Shown one piece after another: positions 59,427-64,000 of a stretch of DNA of 64,000 bases. The notes beneath the pieces were generated by a model. The model was not told where the DNA came from. It saw only the letters and a list, made by a program, of their open reading frames with translations, and searched no databases. The DNA is from Rhodosorus marinus CCMP1338 (lineage: Eukaryota; Plantae; Rhodophyta), in contig JAMWBK010000004.1 of NCBI GenBank assembly GCA_029953675.1, positions 2,976,001 to 3,040,000 on the forward strand, read 5' to 3'. How positions within the stretch are numbered: the stretch's first letter is position 1; each line of letters starts with the position of its first letter. Position numbers and translations under genes: made by a program.

Positions 59427-59559
59427 ACCTTCCAAAGGTACTTTGGTCAAGTGCTCAAGTCACGGGTGATTGGCGTACCAGACATTGGATTGGTTTTGTT
59501 CGCGGTTGCGCTGAAAAGTTGTTACTCAACCCCTCATGACCTTGTTGCACAATCAAGCT

Positions 59560-59911
59560 TCGTGGCCTCACTTTGTCGCTTTGGCTTGAACGAAATCGAA
59601 TTTTCCCTTGCGCAGGGGATCGTACCTGGAGATTCAACGGCACTGTGCACCTAGACAAGGCAAAGGTCAAACAGCAGACGTGAAGTGACGCGACGTGCTT
59701 GTTGGCAATGTTTCTTCCAGATGACTTCGCCCTTTTACATGATCTACTCGTGGCCTCGCTTTTTCACTTTGGCCTGAACGATATTGAATTTTCCCTTGAA
59801 GCAGAGGATCATAACTGGAGATTCAACGGCACTGTGCACCTAAAAAGGGTCAACCACCGTGCTTGTTGGCAATGTTTCTTCCAGAAGACTCCGCCCTTTT
59901 ACATGATCTAC
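59560..59911. repeat. Imperfect tandem duplication (188 bp + 164 bp)
   Basis: Units 59560-59747 and 59748-59911 share two exact 28-nt blocks (ctggagattcaacggcactgtgcaccta; cgtgcttgttggcaatgtttcttccaga) and an exact 19-nt end block. Confidence 0.95.
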
Positions 59912-59989
59912 TGGCCAAGCCACGCCAAGGCCAGCACACTACCCGAAAACTTTCAAGGGACAGAATATAACTTATTTGAAAAGAGCTAA

Positions 59990-62900
59990 CTAAAGCAGCC
60001 AATCCGCTGCCGTTTCATAATCCCACATGTGGTCCTGCACATGATTGAGCCTGGACTCCAGAATCTCGCATTTAGTGACCTCGCGGCCGACGAATTCGGA
60101 GGAGGCCCTTTGAGCCCTCTCAAGATCAGCGATGATAATGTCCTGTCGTCGGAGAGTATCACAAACTGAGCGCACTCGAGTGTTCAAGGGCACTGTGTTG
60201 TCAGGGCTTGATTTGTCTAAATGCACGCGGAATTCTCTTATGTATTCCAAAAGCAGATTGACAGAGACGGACAATCCCTCGGCATTGCTCTCTGCTTGAC
60301 CTGTTTGGTTCGCTTCAACGTCGTGCTGCGTGCGTAGCAAAAGACAATAGAGCGGTGACGGCTTTAGATAGGTGTTCGGTTTGAGGAACTCTCGCGCAAT
60401 GTGAGGGGCGCTTACCGGGACTGATCGAATCTCATTAATCACTCGCAAACCCATCAGTGAATCGTTCTTCTCACGAACTGCTTTTGGACTGGAACGTCGC
60501 AGTTTCTGTCTTGGATTCATGTTTGCTGTCCCTGAATCGTTCTCGTTTTGCTCCATACCGCCAAGGGAGCCCATGAGGCGCTCAGAGAACGCAACCCTTC
60601 TTCGCTCGAGCCGGTCGACCTGGGTTTTCCCGGTTTCGCGAGCATCGAGTTCTGTACCCTTGGGCACGTGGAATTCCTTTTCCAGCACGTCCAGCACAGC
60701 TTCCCTTGCCTCCGCACAAGCAAAATTCGTCTTCTCCCTCAGCGCCACAGCGTTGGTCATTCTTGCTTCCATCTCAGACAACGAGTCCGCCTTGACACGA
60801 GCATTCGCTGCTTCCATCGTCAACTGTTTTCGTAGTAGTGAATTTTCTTCCTTCATGGACGCGAGTTCCGAAAGCGTCTTCTCACGTTGTCTGCGAAGCT
60901 CCTCCGCCTTCTTTGAAGAAGCCTTGGACGAGGACCGCAGTCCCGCAATCTCGGAGATAGTGCCTGAAAGCTCCTTTTGTTTCTGTGCCGCACTAATAGC
61001 TAGTTCCGAAATCTGTTCCTTCATCTCAGAGTTCTCTGAACGAAGGGTAGAACTCTCCTCCTTCAGTTTCTCGCATAGAGTGAAAGCCTCCTGTAATTCC
61101 GCTTCGAGCTTCCTCTGCTCATTTCTCGCAGCAATATCAGCCTGCACTAGGGCGGCGGAGCTCTCAACCTGAAGTTGAGAGACTTCTACCTCTCTTGCCT
61201 TTGCATTTACATCAGCCTGCTCCTGTGCAGCGGAGATTGCCGAGCTTAGCTTTGATATCTCCTCCTCGTATCTGCTCTTCTCCGCCGCGGCAGCTTGACC
61301 GGTTTCCTCCAGTATCCGGGCGTTCACCGCCTGGAGGTTTGAGACCTTCTTCACGGCATCTTCTTTCTCGGTGACGATCTGTTGCCGATCTGCTTCAAAC
61401 GAGATACTCGCAAGTTTTGAAGCCTCTGCCGCCTGCTCTCTTACAGACTTGACCTCTGATTCAAGCAGTACGATCTTCATCTGTGCCTCCTCGTGTTGAT
61501 CCCTAACACTTCGAAGGTCCTCATCGTGCTGTTCCACAACTCTTCGAAGGTCCTCCTCGTGCCTAGCCTTCTCCACCTTTACGACGTCGGCAGTCTGCTC
61601 TAAAAGCTCAGTATTCTCGGTTTTAAGGTTAGAAATTTCCTCCACTGCCTCAAAGTACTGAGCGACATGCTTCTGGATCTCTTCCTCGTGTCGTTCTTTT
61701 TCTATCCTAATAGACTCAGCGGTTTCCTTCAGCACTTTAGCATTTTCAGCTCGGAGCGTAGAAATTTCTGCCCATGTCGCTTTTCCCTCGGTCGCGACCT
61801 TCTCCAGTTCAGCTTCATACTGGATCTTCGCCTGCTTGACAGCTTCAATTGCCTGTTCTGATAGAAGCGAGTTCTCCGTTCTAAGCTTCGAAATCTCCTT
61901 CTTCGCCTCCTCGTTCTGATCAGATACTTCGGTCGCTTCTCGAGATGACCGATCCAGGGCCTCCTTCAGTATTGCTATATCAATCACATGCTTCGCCAGC
62001 TCCTCTTCTCTGTGGATCTTTTCAGCTTCTACTGCTCGATAATTCTCTTCAAGCTCAGCGTGGTCACGCTTCATCTGCTCCTCCACATGCTTAGTCTTCG
62101 ACTGTTCTTCAACGAGGGCGTTTTCAAGCCGGGATCTAGTCTTTTCCAAGTTTAACCTGTCATTGTGAGTTGCCGAGAGCTCCTTCTCCAGTCTGACAAT
62201 GTCTTTCTTCATGAAAATTTTCTCAGCCTCTGTGTCCTTGGCCGAACTGACGAGCTCCTTGTTTCTGACCAGGACATCGGATAGCTGTAATCCCGTTTTA
62301 CTCTTCTCCTCCATTACGAGCAGCATTTCAGCTTCGACTCGGTTAAGCTTGCATTGAAGCTCTTCCGTCTTTACCAGCAGGGCATCAGTTTCTTGTCTGC
62401 GCAGATCCTGCTCGGCCTCGGACTCACGCTTGTAGTTGTCATTTTCAGCAATCGCATGTTGCATTTCCTCTCGATCAGTTCGAAGGAGTGTCAGCTCTTT
62501 GGCAATGGATGCATTTTCCTCCTTGACCTTTACGTTCTCGGCCTCAAGCGTGACCTTCAGATCGCTCAGTTTTCGTGCCTTATCTTGCAGCTTCTCCAAG
62601 TCACTTTGAACACTTCGTAGAGAGTTCGTAGATAGTGCTCCTGGAGCTGTAGGTACTTCGAAGTGAGGAGCTAGGTCTCTCACCAAGGCAACACGTTCCC
62701 GATCTTGCAGCTTGAGCTTTAGCTCGTTGCGTTCCTTCTCTACCTTCTCGAAGAGATCAGTGAAGTCTGCCAGCTCCTTCTTTAAACTGATCACCTCCTC
62801 TCTCATAGCGTCTGAACCGGAAGCGACATGTGCCAGACCACTTTGTTTTTGCTGTATTCTCCGAAGCAGGTTGTCCCTTTCCGTCGTCACGTGCTTCAAC

Positions 62901-63100
62901 TCATTTTGAAGCTGCTTTGTCCTTCCCTCCAGTTGGGCTGAGAACTGCTCAAATCTTCCCATACCTTTCAGAACCCCTTTCAAGGTCTCCTCTAGAGCTT
63001 CTCTCTCTTTTTGCTCAGCCTCTACTTGCTCTTCCAGGAGGTTGATCGCACCACGCAGAAGCACAGGATCTTCAACCTTCATTATGTCTTCCGATGCCAT
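59990..63100 (-). CDS. 1036-aa intronless coiled-coil protein with internal 43-aa repeats
   Basis: Single long ORF, E/K/A/L-rich, with periodic EIS.L+.EN motifs. Confidence 0.85.
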   Translation of the reverse strand: MASEDIMKVEDPVLLRGAINLLEEQVEAEQKEREALEETLKGVLKGMGRFEQFSAQLEGRTKQLQNELKHVTTERDNLLRRIQQKQSGLAHVASGSDAMREEVISLKKELADFTDLFEKVEKERNELKLKLQDRERVALVRDLAPHFEVPTAPGALSTNSLRSVQSDLEKLQDKARKLSDLKVTLEAENVKVKEENASIAKELTLLRTDREEMQHAIAENDNYKRESEAEQDLRRQETDALLVKTEELQCKLNRVEAEMLLVMEEKSKTGLQLSDVLVRNKELVSSAKDTEAEKIFMKKDIVRLEKELSATHNDRLNLEKTRSRLENALVEEQSKTKHVEEQMKRDHAELEENYRAVEAEKIHREEELAKHVIDIAILKEALDRSSREATEVSDQNEEAKKEISKLRTENSLLSEQAIEAVKQAKIQYEAELEKVATEGKATWAEISTLRAENAKVLKETAESIRIEKERHEEEIQKHVAQYFEAVEEISNLKTENTELLEQTADVVKVEKARHEEDLRRVVEQHDEDLRSVRDQHEEAQMKIVLLESEVKSVREQAAEASKLASISFEADRQQIVTEKEDAVKKVSNLQAVNARILEETGQAAAAEKSRYEEEISKLSSAISAAQEQADVNAKAREVEVSQLQVESSAALVQADIAARNEQRKLEAELQEAFTLCEKLKEESSTLRSENSEMKEQISELAISAAQKQKELSGTISEIAGLRSSSKASSKKAEELRRQREKTLSELASMKEENSLLRKQLTMEAANARVKADSLSEMEARMTNAVALREKTNFACAEAREAVLDVLEKEFHVPKGTELDARETGKTQVDRLERRRVAFSERLMGSLGGMEQNENDSGTANMNPRQKLRRSSPKAVREKNDSLMGLRVINEIRSVPVSAPHIAREFLKPNTYLKPSPLYCLLLRTQHDVEANQTGQAESNAEGLSVSVNLLLEYIREFRVHLDKSSPDNTVPLNTRVRSVCDTLRRQDIIIADLERAQRASSEFVGREVTKCEILESRLNHVQDHMWDYETAADWLL

Positions 63101-64000
63101 TGCACTTTTAACCTATCCGAATAACGCGAATTCACGAATCCTTCTCCAACATAGAGTCCAGATAAATCCTCGTCACTCCTCCATCAACGGCTGATTTTCT
63201 AGTATTATTTTCCTCAGGGTATCCGGTACCAGTCCATAAACCCTCTGTAGCCGTTAGTCCTGTTGGCACTTTTCCTAACATATACCGCACCTCAACCTTA
63301 TTCAGGCCTTGCTCCTCCTGCTCTTCCACCCCTCATCTCAAAATCTTCAGGACCAGTGAATCCTGAGCCAGACTGTTGCTATCAGGTTCCCGCCTCTCTT
63401 TCACCCCCGTTGAATCGATCCATTCGTTGTCAAAAAAAAGACTTATAAGGGGGAGAAGACGCATCGCTGTGAAGGTTTACAAACGCGGACAAAATATTCT
63501 TAAAACAATTATCGTCACACATATTCAAAATTGGTTCATCTCTTGCGAAGCTCGACTTAGCTTCCCCCCCCCCCCGCCACTCCTACGGGAGCAGATGTTA
63601 TCTCGGTGCGGTATGCAGTAAAACTTCAACCCCTCTCAGAGTTTTTCGAATTATTCAGATACGGAAAGATGGACTGCGCCTGAGCTGGGGGGTTGGGTGA
63701 GGTATCCGTTTCATTTTCTAGATTAAGTATTATCATCTAAATTAGGTACCATAGATATCATTTTAAAACAAATTTCATAATTTGCTTTCTAATATCTATA
63801 TCAGCATTTAGCCGATTTCGGGCTTTCTTGGCCTTTTAAGAACTCAGAGCTTCCCCGCTACCTTTTTTTTGGTAGATATCATCTATTTAATAAGATTTCA
63901 ACGGTTACCTTTCGATCCCATTTGGTTCATGGTTTTTTATTGTAAAAAAGGTTTGGAAACGTTAAAGTCCGTTACGGAGTCTATCAGTTCTATTGACTAG

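Noticed and set aside
59560-59911. CRISPR-like array (28-nt identical blocks)
   Set aside because: Only two units, the intervening sequences are homologous rather than unique spacers, and the context is eukaryotic.
60519-61172. 217-aa + strand ORF, and similar shadows at 25309-25842, 38375-38782 and 46765-47073
   Set aside because: These are S/F/L-rich antisense shadows of real minus-strand genes.

Overview
Gene-dense eukaryotic nuclear DNA with many short GT-AG introns (about 45-140 nt). Several nuclear-encoded plastid proteins carry N-terminal 'M-x(1-5)-FV' transit peptides and no bipartite signal, so the source is most likely a compact-genome red alga (inference, not proven). Well-supported genes: glyoxalase II, histone H4, GPN2 GTPase, an SLC35D-type nucleotide-sugar transporter, TBL2, RBM26/27, OSCP1, plastid ArgJ, a class II TPS/TPP, a DUF1295 protein, an atypical thioredoxin, UQCC1/CBP3, RPA12 and two long coiled-coil proteins. 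Manual splicing also gives a Zip3/RNF212-like RING protein, a FIT/PAP2-like membrane protein and a PSRP6/cL38-like plastid ribosomal protein that the ORF track misses. The most unusual non-coding feature is a ~745-bp imperfect inverted repeat (44021-44765). Its non-Watson-Crick pairs are biased toward G-U on the + strand and its right arm holds nested competing hairpins, so it is a candidate hairpin-RNA (long miRNA/siRNA precursor) locus. No tRNA, rRNA or CRISPR array was found. All gene models were spliced by eye and all family calls come from motif recognition, not database searches.
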